Assembly (NCBI GenBank): GCA_038874215.1
Contig: JAVZCV010000001.1
Coordinates: 6,452-70,451 of the forward strand
From: Candidatus Micrarchaeia archaeon
GTDB taxonomy: Archaea > Micrarchaeota > Micrarchaeia > Burarchaeales > JAVZCV01
Direction of reading: 5' to 3'
Length of the DNA: 64,000 nucleotides
The stretch's first letter is position 1; each line of letters begins with the position of its first letter. The notes beneath the pieces are model-generated. The model did no database searches. It was not told where the DNA came from and saw nothing but the letters and a program-made list of their open reading frames with translations. This document shows, in pieces, positions 37,310 through 47,972 of this stretch. A program made the position numbers and the translations under genes.

Positions 37310-39786
37310 TTAGCAGTTGTTCTTCTTCCCATTGCATTTTTTTGCGCTTTTGCATTCGCAGGGTTGCGCTTGGGATATGGCAAGCGTTGCGCATTCCTTC
37401 TCAATTCCAGCTCCTCGGATGTCAGTGGGCTTACAGAGACGGCGCTTGTGGTTGCGGTTATCTCTTTTCCTCTCGCACCGACTATCACCACGCTTTCTCT
37501 CGCTTTTATGCTAACATCTCCATCAACATTTTCATCAACATACACGGCGCTTTTTTCCGCATCTATCAGCAACCTGCCCTTCTCGGTCGGTTTTACGAGG
37601 GCTCCTTTCTCCTTATCTATAAACTCCCCCAATAGGTCCGTGTAGTCTGGGCCCATGCTTTCAAGAGCCCTCACTGCTTCAAGCGCGATATCCGATCCAA
37701 GAGGTATATCGTGTTTTTTAAATAGAATGACGATGTTGTTCGCTACATCGAGTTTTCTCTCATCACTTATATATCCTCTTGCACACATTTTTCCGAGAGC
37801 GCGGATTGCTGCAGCAACATTCTTCTCGTTTTTCGGCAGTTCGCCGCCATCCTTTGCCTCCCATTCTGCCCCAAGAACAACATCAAGCAGAGGCGCCCGC
37901 GCGTTCTCGCCCATACGAGAGGTAGAGATTGAAAGTAGTGAAAGAATTGTCTCATCACCTTCGTACCCAAGTCGTTTACATGCATCCTCAGCAACACGTT
38001 GGAATCTTTTGCCGAGCATTCCAAGAGCGCCCGCTGCCAGGACGGAGAAAAACTTGCGTTTATCATTGAAAAACTGTATTAGAAAATCCATTTCCTGCGG
38101 CGTTCCGATTTCTCCCAGAAGAGGAAGCAATTTGTGCGAGCCTGCACTGCGTTGCACTATCTCGTTTCTTATTTCTCTTATGCTGTATGGGGCAAGTGTT
38201 TTAAGCCCTTCGTATGCCTCCCTATGTACGTAGCGTTTAGAAGGATCAAGAAGCGCAATAATTAGAGGTTTAACCGCCTCAGAATTTCCACTTGCGCCGA
38301 GAGCAATAGCGGCGAATTTTGCAACTTCATGGCTGTATCCGTTTAGTAGTTTTATAAGATTATTCACATCTCTCAACCTGCCGAGGGCGCTTAGCGCATC
38401 TTCCTTATACGCATAGTTATCATCTTCTATTAGTTCAAGTAGTATTGGTATCGCATTTTCAGCGCAGTTAACAAGACCGTCAAATGCGGCTTGCCTTATC
38501 TCGTCGTCATTTGAACGTGTATATTGCAAAATTTCATTCGGTTCTCCTCTAAACGAGCGCAGCTCTTCGATTCCCCTTCTTCTTTTTTCCCATGGGTCAC
38601 GGCTTTTAAGCAGAGTGTTTAGATTAACCTTGTCCCCGGTAGCTGCAATCTGAAGTTTTAGGCTATTTGCGTTTTTCCTTTCACTTTTAGGCGCCCGCCT
38701 CAAATCAATTTCACCTCTGCTGAAGCCCTTAGCCCGTGCGTATATGTCATTTATCCTCGGTTGGCTAGCTTCAAGGATCCTCGGTTGGCTAGCTTCAAGG
38801 CGGCAAGCACGGGAGAGATATGCAAGAATGAGTTGCTCTCCAAGAGTTATGTCTATCCCTTTTGTTTTTGCAAGGCGTGCGAGCATGACCGTCGCGATTA
38901 TGGCATCGTGGGAAACTACGGGCGGGACTGGTTCTGCCCTTCTAACCATCAGTATGCCGTCGTCTTTTCTTTTTGTTTTTTTAAACGGAAGTGTGAAGGT
39001 TTGACCATTTTCGCATAGTGAGAGGTATTCTCTGCTAAAAAGGAAGAAACTGGTTTCAAATTTTTTAGAAAGTGCTTTGATCGCTTCAACCGCATTTTTG
39101 TGGTTCAAGTTACACATTTTTGCGAATTGGATTGCATCGTCTTTCTCTATAAAAACAAGCGCAACCCGACCCTGTAATAATCCTAAGTTGGTCATTTGGG
39201 CTATGTTTATATCGTTGTATTCTGCGTGGTATTCCATTGTTGCGAAGATGGGTGAATTAATCCCATTAGAAGCGTTGGCGATTTGCGAGGATATCGGTGC
39301 GCTCAGGCGCGTGAAAATTGCAGTCGCATTTTTCAATTTTCCAACATGCCCCATAACTTCTTCTAACGATAACTCGTCTCGGGGTGTGTCAAAACGAGCG
39401 TTTTGTTTTCCGCTTATGACAACTCTTGTTATTCCCTTGCCACGTGGTAGAATGAGCTCTATTGCCTTTACGCCTTCCCTTGGTAGTTTGTGGGCTCTCG
39501 CATATAATCCTTCCCGCAGTTCATCGCTTGCCTTTGCCATTAATGTTATATCTATGCTTCCATTGCCTCGCAGGTATGCGAGTGCAAGAGCTACGCCAGC
39601 AGCGCCGCTTATATCCTCTGCACTCCTTCCGCTCATCGTTCCTGTTCCATGTGCCATCGCTGTATCAAAAGCATTAAGACCAACCACATCAGGCATGCAC
39701 ACTATCTGGGGGCTTTCATCACTCCTTTGGTGTATGGCCTCTGAGAGTTTGAGGACGGCACTCACGGGGTCTAATACGGTTGGCAT
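37306..39786 (-). CDS. Large HEAT/PBS-lyase-repeat protein with an uncharacterised N-terminal domain
   Basis: Central and C-terminal HEAT-like repeats (…EIRQAAFDGLVNCAENAIPILLELIEDDNYAYKEDALSALGRL…). The N-terminal domain (…IVCMPDVVGLNAFDTAMAHGTGTMSG…) has no assignable family. Contains an in-frame 24-nt tandem repeat. Confidence 0.5.
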   Translation of the reverse strand: MPTVLDPVSAVLKLSEAIHQRSDESPQIVCMPDVVGLNAFDTAMAHGTGTMSGRSAEDISGAAGVALALAYLRGNGSIDITLMAKASDELREGLYARAHKLPREGVKAIELILPRGKGITRVVISGKQNARFDTPRDELSLEEVMGHVGKLKNATAIFTRLSAPISSQIANASNGINSPIFATMEYHAEYNDINIAQMTNLGLLQGRVALVFIEKDDAIQFAKMCNLNHKNAVEAIKALSKKFETSFFLFSREYLSLCENGQTFTLPFKKTKRKDDGILMVRRAEPVPPVVSHDAIIATVMLARLAKTKGIDITLGEQLILAYLSRACRLEASQPRILEASQPRINDIYARAKGFSRGEIDLRRAPKSERKNANSLKLQIAATGDKVNLNTLLKSRDPWEKRRRGIEELRSFRGEPNEILQYTRSNDDEIRQAAFDGLVNCAENAIPILLELIEDDNYAYKEDALSALGRLRDVNNLIKLLNGYSHEVAKFAAIALGASGNSEAVKPLIIALLDPSKRYVHREAYEGLKTLAPYSIREIRNEIVQRSAGSHKLLPLLGEIGTPQEMDFLIQFFNDKRKFFSVLAAGALGMLGKRFQRVAEDACKRLGYEGDETILSLLSISTSRMGENARAPLLDVVLGAEWEAKDGGELPKNEKNVAAAIRALGKMCARGYISDERKLDVANNIVILFKKHDIPLGSDIALEAVRALESMGPDYTDLLGEFIDKEKGALVKPTEKGRLLIDAEKSAVYVDENVDGDVSIKARESVVIVGARGKEITATTSAVSVSPLTSEELELRRNAQRLPYPKRNPANAKAQKNAMGRRTTAN
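38755..38802. repeat. 24-nt tandem duplication (22/24 identical) encoding LEASQPRI x2 inside the HEAT-repeat gene
   Basis: cctcggttggctagcttcaaggat followed by cctcggttggctagcttcaaggcg. Confidence 0.85.
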
Positions 39787-39876
39787 GAGAACACCAGAAT
39801 ATGTATATTTATTTTAGTTTTTGGGATTTTTATTGGTTTCCCTGAGGGATAGGCGTAAGAAAGCAGTAGAGGGTTG

Positions 39877-40428
39877 TTACTCGGGTTCGTATCGCGTTGA
39901 TAGTTCTGCGATTGCAACGTGTTCTAGTTTTGTTTCCTTCTCATCATAGTAGACGTAGATTTTGCCTTTGTAAGTTTCTCCTACGTTTCCGCTCGTGACT
40001 ACTTCGGCGCCAGCAGAATCAAGCTCGCAGCACTTCAGCTTCGTTGTATCCGCCAGGATTTCAGCATCGCTTCCGCTTTGTATCGCTATTCCCGTTCCGC
40101 CTATCTCCGCCTCACTTAGGGCGCACTCATCTTTTAGGCCCTCTATGTTTTCTTTTGTAGGCTGGATATCTCTCTGCGTGCAACCGATAGCCTTTACCCG
40201 TATCGTCTTCCCAGTCAGTTGTCCTATTCGCAGGCTAAGCTCGCCCTCTGTTGTGACTTTATATGATGCACAACTTAAGCCAGGTGTTCTGAAAGAGCAT
40301 GCCAGCGGCTGGCTTGGATTTAAAACGCCTATATAAAAGAGAACTGCAATTACTATTATGAGAACCATGACGGCCCAGCCATATGTGGTTAGATATTCCA
40401 AAGCGGCTTGTGCCTTATGAAAACGCAA
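39877..40428 (-). CDS. Pilin-like protein with class-III signal peptide (isolated paralog)
   Basis: MRFHKAQAALEYLTTYGWAVMVLIIVIAVLFYIGVLNP, with a C-terminus similar to 14240..14785. Confidence 0.65.
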   Translation of the reverse strand: MRFHKAQAALEYLTTYGWAVMVLIIVIAVLFYIGVLNPSQPLACSFRTPGLSCASYKVTTEGELSLRIGQLTGKTIRVKAIGCTQRDIQPTKENIEGLKDECALSEAEIGGTGIAIQSGSDAEILADTTKLKCCELDSAGAEVVTSGNVGETYKGKIYVYYDEKETKLEHVAIAELSTRYEPE

Positions 40429-40514
40429 GTTACCACCCCACTGGTATTAGATTGTAATTATTCAAATCATCAGCCTTTTTTAAACTTTGCTGATAGGTTT
40501 ATATAGGTGATCAA

Positions 40515-42119
40515 TTGAGGGGATTGCGCTCCGATAGGGTTAAGGTTGGAATAGAGCGTTTGCCGCACAGGGCGCTTTTCAAAGCGCTCGGTGTTGTTGA
40601 CGATGAGCTTAAGCAGCCCTTGGTAGCAATAGTTAATTCATGGAGCGAGGTTGTGCCAGGGCATATACATTTACAAAAGCTTGCAGATGCGGCAAAGCTT
40701 GGCGTTGCATACGCAGGCGGAACTCCGCTTGAATTCAACACGATAGGTGTTTGCGATGGGATTGCGATGGGCCACACAGGTATGTTTTACTCTCTCCCAA
40801 GCAGGGAGCATATTGCCGATTCTGTTGAAATAATGCTCAACGCCTATCAGTTTGATGCTGCCGTTTTCATACCTTCATGCGATAAGATAGTCCCAGGCAT
40901 GCTCATGGGTGCTGCACGCGTGAACATACCTTCAATTTTCATAACGGGCGGGCCGATGATGCCTGGCTATTTAGGGAGCAAGCCGCTTGATGTAATAAGC
41001 GCTTTTGAGGCTGTTGGGGAATATAAAGCAGGCAGAATAACAAAGGAGGAGTTGCTTTGCGTTGAGGACAACGCATGCCCTGGTGCGGGCTCTTGCGCTG
41101 GGCTTTTCACTGCAAACACGATGGCTTGCATGACTGAAGCGCTTGGTATGTCCCTCCCTGGTTGCGCTACGTGCCATGCTGTTGATGCGAGGAAAGTGAG
41201 GTATGCGAAGGCATCTGGGGAGCAAGTCGTTCATCTTCTACGTAAAGGAATAACACCGCGGAGAATAATGACGAGGTATGCGTTTGAAAACGCCATAACG
41301 GTTGACATGGCGATAGGCGGCTCTACGAATACAATCCTACACCTTCAGGCGATAGCAGAGGAGGTTGGGGTAAAACTTCCATTGGAGCTTTTTGATAGGA
41401 TAAGCAGAAAAACTCCACACCTAATCAACCTCAGGCCTGGTGGGAAGCACACGATGCTTGACTTTGATAGGTATGGGGGCATTCCTGCGCTTATGCAAGA
41501 GCTAAACCTCCACACGAGCGCACTCACGGTTACGGGAAAGACTGTTGGGGAGAACCTGCGCGCATGCCAGATAAAGCCAGATGGGGAAGTAATAAGGTTT
41601 AGAAAAAATGCATATTCAAAGGAAGGGGGAATTGCCGTTTTGAAGGGAACGCTTGGCCCCGAAGGCGCAGTTGTTAAGCAGACTGCCGTCTCTGAAAGCA
41701 TGATGCGTTTCGTGGGTAAAGCGCGTGTTTTTGACTCAGAGGAAGAGGCAATGAAGGCAATAATGGATGGAAAAATAGAGAAGGGGGATGTTTTGGTAAT
41801 ACGCTATGAGGGGCCTTCGTATGGAATGCGTGAGATGCTATCGCCAACATCGGCAATAGTCGGGGCTGGCCTCTCTTCGCATGTCGCTCTTATAACAGAT
41901 GGTAGGTTCTCAGGTGGGACGAGAGGCCCGTGCATCGGTCATGTTGCGCCTGAGGCGGCAAAAGGGGGACCGATCGCACTCGTGCAGGATGGCGATGAGA
42001 TACTTATAGATATAAAAAGAAGGAAGCTGGACCTGCACGTTCCTGAAAGCGAGCTTGCTAAGCGCTCTCCGAAGATTCCGAGAGAACCGCTTCCATTAAT
42101 AAGGCGCTATTTGGGCTAG
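40515..42119 (+). CDS. ilvD: Dihydroxy-acid dehydratase
   Basis: …[20 protein letters not shown]… [27 protein letters not shown]… typical IlvD/EDD family; 534 aa. Confidence 0.9.
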   Translation: MRGLRSDRVKVGIERLPHRALFKALGVVDDELKQPLVAIVNSWSEVVPGHIHLQKLADAAKLGVAYAGGTPLEFNTIGVCDGIAMGHTGMFYSLPSREHIADSVEIMLNAYQFDAAVFIPSCDKIVPGMLMGAARVNIPSIFITGGPMMPGYLGSKPLDVISAFEAVGEYKAGRITKEELLCVEDNACPGAGSCAGLFTANTMACMTEALGMSLPGCATCHAVDARKVRYAKASGEQVVHLLRKGITPRRIMTRYAFENAITVDMAIGGSTNTILHLQAIAEEVGVKLPLELFDRISRKTPHLINLRPGGKHTMLDFDRYGGIPALMQELNLHTSALTVTGKTVGENLRACQIKPDGEVIRFRKNAYSKEGGIAVLKGTLGPEGAVVKQTAVSESMMRFVGKARVFDSEEEAMKAIMDGKIEKGDVLVIRYEGPSYGMREMLSPTSAIVGAGLSSHVALITDGRFSGGTRGPCIGHVAPEAAKGGPIALVQDGDEILIDIKRRKLDLHVPESELAKRSPKIPREPLPLIRRYLG

Positions 42120-42131
42120 CGCCAATTTCCC

Positions 42132-43574
42132 TTATGGGTTTAGCCTTCCCGTCTGTATTACCTGCTGTGTCAACTGCCTGCTTATCTCCTTGCTTCCTTC
42201 CACGTCTGGCTGGTCAAATGGGTTCACGTTCCTGAGAAGAGCCGGATAGACTCCGAAGGCATAGTGAAAGAATGCAAGAAGTTCACCAACGCTTTTTTCT
42301 GTTATTTCGTTAATTTCCACTGTTATTGTCGGTATGCCGCGATTGCGTGCATCTCCACGTGTTCCTAAATACTCAATTTCAAGAGCCTGGCCATACGTGA
42401 GTTTTTTCATATCGCCAAGCCGTGTCCCAGAGACAGTCAAATTTTCAATTTGTTGTGGCGCTGAAATCGGAACGTCTACATCCCTATTTTTAACAACAAA
42501 AAACAGGCCAGCCATGTTTCTCTTCCCGCCAAGGAATCGTGTATTCGTGTGATGCTGCGATTCTGGCCCTGTAACGCAGAGTATCGTCTGGCCTCTTTCG
42601 AGTTTCGCAGAACTTTCATGCATGAGTTGCATTATGAGAGTTGCCGCCTCATCAAGCTGATGAGAGTACATGGGCGTAAAAATGGTATCTATTTCGTTTT
42701 TAATTTCAAGTGCTCGTAAAGTTGCGGCAAGCTGGAGCGCTGGGTTCTCATCAAATGGCGATGTTGGACCCACGCGCTGGTACATTTCTCTCGCACCCTC
42801 GTCAATTTGCTGTATGTCAAGCCCCATCATTCTTGCGGGGAAATATCCGCATGGGGTTCTTCCTGAATAACGCCCACCGATGCCGTCGGGTATTTCCAGA
42901 ATATCTGATGCGACACCCATTCTTACTGCAATATCATACAGCGTTCCCTTTCCCCTTGTTGTTATCGGAACGAAGGGGTAGCCATCTTGTAAAAATGCCA
43001 TAGAAGTCTGCAGAACGCTTACGGTAGTTCCTGATTTGCTTACAGGAATAATTAGCGTATTTTCTGGTTTACAGTTTCTCTTAACGTAGGCGATATCAAT
43101 TGGATCAACAGTATCCAAGAAGTAGGCCTTTCTTTCTCCGCCGATAACACCGAGCGCGCGGTAGAAGAACTTTGAACTCGTTACAGAGCCACCGTTCCCT
43201 ATTACAACTATGTTTTCAACATAATCGTATTTGCGTGCCAGTTCTTCAATTCTCTGAAAATCGCTTTTACCCCCTTTTAATTCCAGCGGACTGTAGAGCT
43301 GGAAAATTGGAATTCCATTTTTTACGAAGTTGTCAACCTCCTCGTATCCCTTCGCGCCATGCCCGTCAAATTTGTATCCTGCTGAGAGCTGTTGGGGTAT
43401 GAGGCTTATTTCGTTTCGGAGCAGTCGTTTTACCTCCGCAATTGGAATGATGGCGTCGCTCAAATCAACGCGCAGAGATATGCGCCTTGTTGGGAATTGG
43501 ATGTGGGAAAACTCGTCTGCGCGTCGTTGGGCGGTTCGCCCTCCTGCTTGTGTTCTTATTGGTTGCAATAACAT
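42132..43574 (-). CDS. pgi: Glucose-6-phosphate isomerase (PGI/SIS family)
   Basis: VVIGNGGS, SKSGTTVS and PGI-like C-terminal regions. The exact start is uncertain because the N-terminal 30 aa may not be translated. Confidence 0.65.
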   Translation of the reverse strand: MLLQPIRTQAGGRTAQRRADEFSHIQFPTRRISLRVDLSDAIIPIAEVKRLLRNEISLIPQQLSAGYKFDGHGAKGYEEVDNFVKNGIPIFQLYSPLELKGGKSDFQRIEELARKYDYVENIVVIGNGGSVTSSKFFYRALGVIGGERKAYFLDTVDPIDIAYVKRNCKPENTLIIPVSKSGTTVSVLQTSMAFLQDGYPFVPITTRGKGTLYDIAVRMGVASDILEIPDGIGGRYSGRTPCGYFPARMMGLDIQQIDEGAREMYQRVGPTSPFDENPALQLAATLRALEIKNEIDTIFTPMYSHQLDEAATLIMQLMHESSAKLERGQTILCVTGPESQHHTNTRFLGGKRNMAGLFFVVKNRDVDVPISAPQQIENLTVSGTRLGDMKKLTYGQALEIEYLGTRGDARNRGIPTITVEINEITEKSVGELLAFFHYAFGVYPALLRNVNPFDQPDVEGSKEISRQLTQQVIQTGRLNP

Positions 43575-43698
43575 CCGACCACCCCCGAATTTATAGAAAT
43601 TGACAAATTGATGTTTCTATAAATTTTTATAAAGGAGTGGCTTTCGTTTTTGCGCGAGAATGCTGACGTTATTTAAAATTTTCTGCAGAAGTAGGGTT

Positions 43699-44232
43699 AT
43701 GCTTAAAAAAATATCGGGGAGGGTTTACAGGTGCGGCGACAACATAGACACGGATGTGATAATACCCGCACGTTACCTTAACATTACAGAGCCGTCAGAG
43801 CTTGCTAAGCACGCAATGGAGGACCTGGATACGGATTTTGCAAAGAAGCCGCATGACATAGTTGTTGCGGGCGAAAACTTCGGGTGCGGTTCTTCTCGGG
43901 AGCATGCGCCGATTGCACTGAAAGCGAGTGGCGTGAAGGCGGTTATTGCCAGATCTTTTGCACGCATATTTTTCAGAAATGCGATAAACATAGGGCTTCC
44001 TGTGATAATGTGCGAGATGGCTGGTGAAATAGGAGAGAGCGCTGAGATAGATTTTGAGAGGGGGGAGATAAGAAGCGGGGGGAAGGTTATTCGGTTCGGA
44101 AAATTTGATAGGAGCGTTGAGGAGATAATAAGTGCGGGCGGGCTCGTTGAGATGTTAAAAGCCAAGCTGAAAGGTGGAGAGAAGAAGGCATGCGCCCGCC
44201 AGAATAAGAAGCATTCCCGAAGCACGGACTAA
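43699..44232 (+). CDS. leuD: 3-isopropylmalate dehydratase / homoaconitase small subunit
   Basis: MLKKISGRVYRCGDNIDTDVIIPARYL…GCGSSREHAP… (aconitase swivel domain). Confidence 0.75.
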   Translation: MLKKISGRVYRCGDNIDTDVIIPARYLNITEPSELAKHAMEDLDTDFAKKPHDIVVAGENFGCGSSREHAPIALKASGVKAVIARSFARIFFRNAINIGLPVIMCEMAGEIGESAEIDFERGEIRSGGKVIRFGKFDRSVEEIISAGGLVEMLKAKLKGGEKKACARQNKKHSRSTD

Positions 44233-44775
44233 GAAGCGGTACCACGCTGTATGAATCGGCTTTTTGCCGAGTTCTATGAAAATGAGAAAAACGCCCTCTA
44301 CAAACAGCATGGCAGACCAGAAGCCGAGTGGGAAGAGTGCGGAGCAGAAAAAAGAACAAACCGCATGGGCGTTCAGCATGAACGCTCCCCCCGCGCTTGC
44401 CCAGAGAATATAAACAAAGGGGTTGAGAAGGTGGACTGTGAGGCCTCGCATGAAAGAGCTTTTTGCGTGTTCTATGGGGGGCAATGCGTCATTCTTTTCC
44501 TCGGCTTTTAGCGTTTTGAAACCCAGTTGCATCAGATATAAGGCGCCGATGAAACCGAGAATGGATTGTAATATGCGGGGTGTGGCTTGAAGAACAAACG
44601 CAATAGGGATGATGACGAATAAATCAGCAAATATTTGCGAAAGAATGACTGCAATTCCGGAACGCCAGCCGCGATGGGCTGATTCGGAAATAAAGAAAAG
44701 CAGGCTCGGGCCTGGTGTAGAGACGATGCTAAACCCAACAAAAAAGCCGAGCGTGAAGAAAGTGAGCAAGTGCAT
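44155..44775 (-). CDS. LysE/RhtB-family amino-acid exporter (start at the internal Met)
   Basis: MHLLTFFTLGFFVGFSIVSTPGPSLLFFI… six-helix LysE-type pattern. Lies between leuD and leuC on the opposite strand. Confidence 0.6.
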   Translation of the reverse strand: MHLLTFFTLGFFVGFSIVSTPGPSLLFFISESAHRGWRSGIAVILSQIFADLFVIIPIAFVLQATPRILQSILGFIGALYLMQLGFKTLKAEEKNDALPPIEHAKSSFMRGLTVHLLNPFVYILWASAGGAFMLNAHAVCSFFCSALFPLGFWSAMLFVEGVFLIFIELGKKPIHTAWYRFLVRASGMLLILAGACLLLSTFQLGF

Positions 44776-44840
44776 GTGGCGGATGTAGGCTATGTAATTT
44801 AATAAATCGTACAGTAGAAATTTATGAGCAAGGTGGTCGG

Positions 44841-46100
44841 ATGCCAACGATAACCGAGAAGATACTCTCAGAGGCAAGCGGAGTAGAGGCGAGAGCGGGC
44901 GATATAATAACTGCGAAAATAGACTATTCGCTCGCAAACGATGTGACAGCGCCGCTCGCTATTGACAAGTTTGAGGAGCTGGAAAAAGCTGGCGCTAAAA
45001 TATGGGACAGGAACAGGATCGTGATAGTGCTTGACCACTTCACCCCTTCAAAGGATATAAGGACGGCTGAGATATGCAAAAAGGTTAGAGAATTCGCACG
45101 AAAGCATAGGCTTAAGCATTTTTATGAAGGCGGGGAGGCGGGCATAGAGCATGAGCTGCTCGTTGAGAAGGGGATAGCGGCACCTGGTAGGGTAATCGTA
45201 GGCGCTGACTCCCATACATGTACGTATGGAGCAGTCGGCGCTTTTTCAACGGGCATAGGAAGCACTGAAACAGCGGGTGTTTGGGCAACTGGCGAGCTCT
45301 GGTTCCGCGTTCCAGAAAGCATAAAATTCGTATACGAAGGGAAACTTGGGAAGCATGTTTATGGGAAGGATCTCATACTTTACACGATAGGGGAGATTGG
45401 AGTTAACGGTGCGCTTTACAGGGCGATGGAATTTTCTGGAAGCGTTATAAAAAAACTTTCATTGCCGCAGAGGCTTACTATGGCAAACATGGCGGTAGAG
45501 GCTGGGGCGAAGAACGGCATAATAGAGGCTGATGAAAAAACGTTCGCATACATCGGCATGAAGCCGAATAAGAACAGCGTTTTCAGGAGCGATGAGGATG
45601 CGGAGTATCTGAAAACATATGAATGGGATGTAGGCGAAATTGAGCCACAGGTTGCATTTCCGCATTTGCCGAGCAACGTCAAACCAGTCAGCGAAGTTGG
45701 TGATATACCAATAGACCAAGCAGTCATAGGCTCATGCACGAACGGAAGGCTTGAAGACTTGGAGGTAGCCGCACGCATACTGAAAGGCAGGAAAGTAGCA
45801 CGGGGGGTTAGGCTACTCGTTTTTCCCGCTACTCCGAGAATATATCGCGAGGCTGTTAGGAAGGGCCTTTTTGAGATATTCCTAAAAGCGGGTGCGGTAA
45901 TATCGCCACCCACGTGCGGCCCTTGCCTTGGCGGGCATATGGGCATTCTTGCATCTGGCGAGGTTGCGATAAGCACAACGAACAGAAATTTCGTTGGGAG
46001 GATGGGGCATCCAGAAAGCAAGGTTTATCTGGCTTCGCCCGCAACCGTTGCGGCAAGTGCAGTGATGGGAAGGATAGCAGACCCAAGAGGATTTGGGTGA
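44841..46100 (+). CDS. leuC: 3-isopropylmalate dehydratase / homoaconitase large subunit (aconitase family)
   Basis: MPTITEKIL… VGADSHTCTYGA… GSCTNGRLEDL… CGPCLG Fe-S cluster ligands. Confidence 0.85.
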   Translation: MPTITEKILSEASGVEARAGDIITAKIDYSLANDVTAPLAIDKFEELEKAGAKIWDRNRIVIVLDHFTPSKDIRTAEICKKVREFARKHRLKHFYEGGEAGIEHELLVEKGIAAPGRVIVGADSHTCTYGAVGAFSTGIGSTETAGVWATGELWFRVPESIKFVYEGKLGKHVYGKDLILYTIGEIGVNGALYRAMEFSGSVIKKLSLPQRLTMANMAVEAGAKNGIIEADEKTFAYIGMKPNKNSVFRSDEDAEYLKTYEWDVGEIEPQVAFPHLPSNVKPVSEVGDIPIDQAVIGSCTNGRLEDLEVAARILKGRKVARGVRLLVFPATPRIYREAVRKGLFEIFLKAGAVISPPTCGPCLGGHMGILASGEVAISTTNRNFVGRMGHPESKVYLASPATVAASAVMGRIADPRGFG

Positions 46101-47007
46101 GAGTTTGAGAAGCCCAACCGCATTGCTTTTCGCTCTTTTGATTTTATCCATTTACATTAGCGGATGTACTGGCGGGGAAGATGCGATGGATCTCGTACCG
46201 GCAACGGCAAAAACAGTTGTTGTTTTCCGCCCCAAAGAGCTCTTAGAAGACCCTTATTTTAGGATGTTTTACAACGCTAAGAGTCGGATGTCGCTTTCCA
46301 TAGATATTGAGAATTTTGAGACAGAGAGGGGCATAGATATGGGTAGCGTTGAGAAAGTCATCATTTTCAACGATAGGATAAGGACGCCTATGAGCGATGC
46401 AGACGGTTATGGGGCTACTATAATTAGGGGCGGAATAAATATAGATAGGATAAAGGGGAAAATGGAGGGCAAGGGTCTATTGGGCTCTGAACAATACGGC
46501 TCTTATACGCTATATTTTGTTATGCAGACGTATTTCGCATTCGTAGATGATAACACGGTTGTCGTTGGCTCTAAGGATGCTGTTGTTGATGTCCTTGATG
46601 TTAAAATGCGCAAATCTGTTGGACTAACGAAAACGTCTGTTTATTCGTCTGTTTTTAAGACTATCAACAAGGGTGCGCCGATACAGGTTTTGGGCTCAGC
46701 TGAGAGGCTGGCTGATATCGGTTTGAGCTTGCCTTCCGATGGGCCGAAACATGCTTTTGATTTTTTTGCGATAACTGCAGAAAGAGAGGGTGGCGATGTG
46801 GTTTTCACTTCTCGTGTCTTCTGCCTTTCAGCGCAGGAGTGCTATCGGTCAATCTCGGATTATAGAAATGAGGTTGCGGGCAACAACAAATATGCGAGCA
46901 TAGCGGAGCGTTCCTCTATTAGTATTGATGATGAGGGTATAATCACGGCAACAGTAAGGGCTAATGTTAATGAAGTTTTAGAATACCTGAAGCAAGCTCC
47001 CACATGA
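46093..47007 (+). CDS. Secreted/lipoprotein-like hypothetical protein
   Basis: Signal plus lipobox-like LLILSIYISGCTGG; 304 aa; overlaps the next gene by 4 nt. Confidence 0.45.
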   Translation: MGESLRSPTALLFALLILSIYISGCTGGEDAMDLVPATAKTVVVFRPKELLEDPYFRMFYNAKSRMSLSIDIENFETERGIDMGSVEKVIIFNDRIRTPMSDADGYGATIIRGGINIDRIKGKMEGKGLLGSEQYGSYTLYFVMQTYFAFVDDNTVVVGSKDAVVDVLDVKMRKSVGLTKTSVYSSVFKTINKGAPIQVLGSAERLADIGLSLPSDGPKHAFDFFAITAEREGGDVVFTSRVFCLSAQECYRSISDYRNEVAGNNKYASIAERSSISIDDEGIITATVRANVNEVLEYLKQAPT

Positions 47008-47921
47008 AGGGTACGTTTATAAATACGGGCTACGTTTTCTCTAACGATGGTCTCATGAGATTATTCGCGCTTATTTTTGCTATCGCTCTTTCAGGGCTTG
47101 CCCTCGCTGGCTCTTGCCCACCTGGGATGAAGGACTGCTTTCTTTGTGGGGGCGTCGGCGGCATACCATGCACAACGAATTGCACTGGAAAACATGTGCC
47201 TGGGGTTGGGAACGTTGCTTGTGAATGCCCTCAGGGAGAGCCTTGCGTATGCCACTGCCCTGTCGGGGGTGGTGGAAGTGTGGCGGGGGTAGGTGAGGGT
47301 GGCATGCCAAAGGCGGGTGCAAGGCTAACATACTTCACGGGGGAGGTTTATGTGCGGATGTCAGGTGGTGGATGGGCGAGGGCTACGGAAAACATTCCCA
47401 TTTCCGAGAATTCGGCAATAAAAACAGGTAAAAATGCAAGGGCTACGATAATATTTGACGATGGTTCAAAGGTGTATATGGATGAGAATGCTGAGATTGC
47501 TATGAAGGAGCTGGAGAGGCCAGCCGGAAAAAGCACTCTAAATATTGTTGTAGAGCTTGTGAAAGCGGCGATATTCTCTGATGTTACGAGGAGAGATGGG
47601 ACTAAGTTTGAAGTAAAAACGAGTGTTTCCGTACCCGCTGTTAAAGGCACAAAGTTCTCTGTTTATTATGATGATGTTGGAAAGCAGGCGGTCGTGAAAA
47701 GCATTGAGGGCACAGTAACTGTGCCAGACAGGTATGGTCATTCAGTAGAACTCAAAGCAGGCGAGATGGTGGCGGTGACGGAAAAGGGCGGTTTGGGCGC
47801 AGTTGAAAAGTTTGATATGGAGGCAGAGGCAGGAAAATGGGGCGTATCTAAAGGAGGTTGCTGTTCTTCTGCTTTGATACTGCTCCTATTTGGGGTTTTA
47901 GCGGCATTGCAACGCTTATGA
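47004..47921 (+). CDS. FecR-domain-containing surface protein with a Cys-rich N-terminal region and a C-terminal transmembrane anchor
   Basis: FecR-like β-rich segment (…NARATIIFDDGSKVYMDENAEIAM… VKGTKFSVYYDDVGKQAVVKSIEGTVTV), an N-terminal Cys cluster, and a C-terminal CCSSALILLLFGVLAAL. Confidence 0.5.
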   Translation: MKGTFINTGYVFSNDGLMRLFALIFAIALSGLALAGSCPPGMKDCFLCGGVGGIPCTTNCTGKHVPGVGNVACECPQGEPCVCHCPVGGGGSVAGVGEGGMPKAGARLTYFTGEVYVRMSGGGWARATENIPISENSAIKTGKNARATIIFDDGSKVYMDENAEIAMKELERPAGKSTLNIVVELVKAAIFSDVTRRDGTKFEVKTSVSVPAVKGTKFSVYYDDVGKQAVVKSIEGTVTVPDRYGHSVELKAGEMVAVTEKGGLGAVEKFDMEAEAGKWGVSKGGCCSSALILLLFGVLAALQRL

Positions 47922-47972
47922 GGAACTCGTGAAGCATATGATTAATAAGCAGGTTTCACATATGGGGTCATT

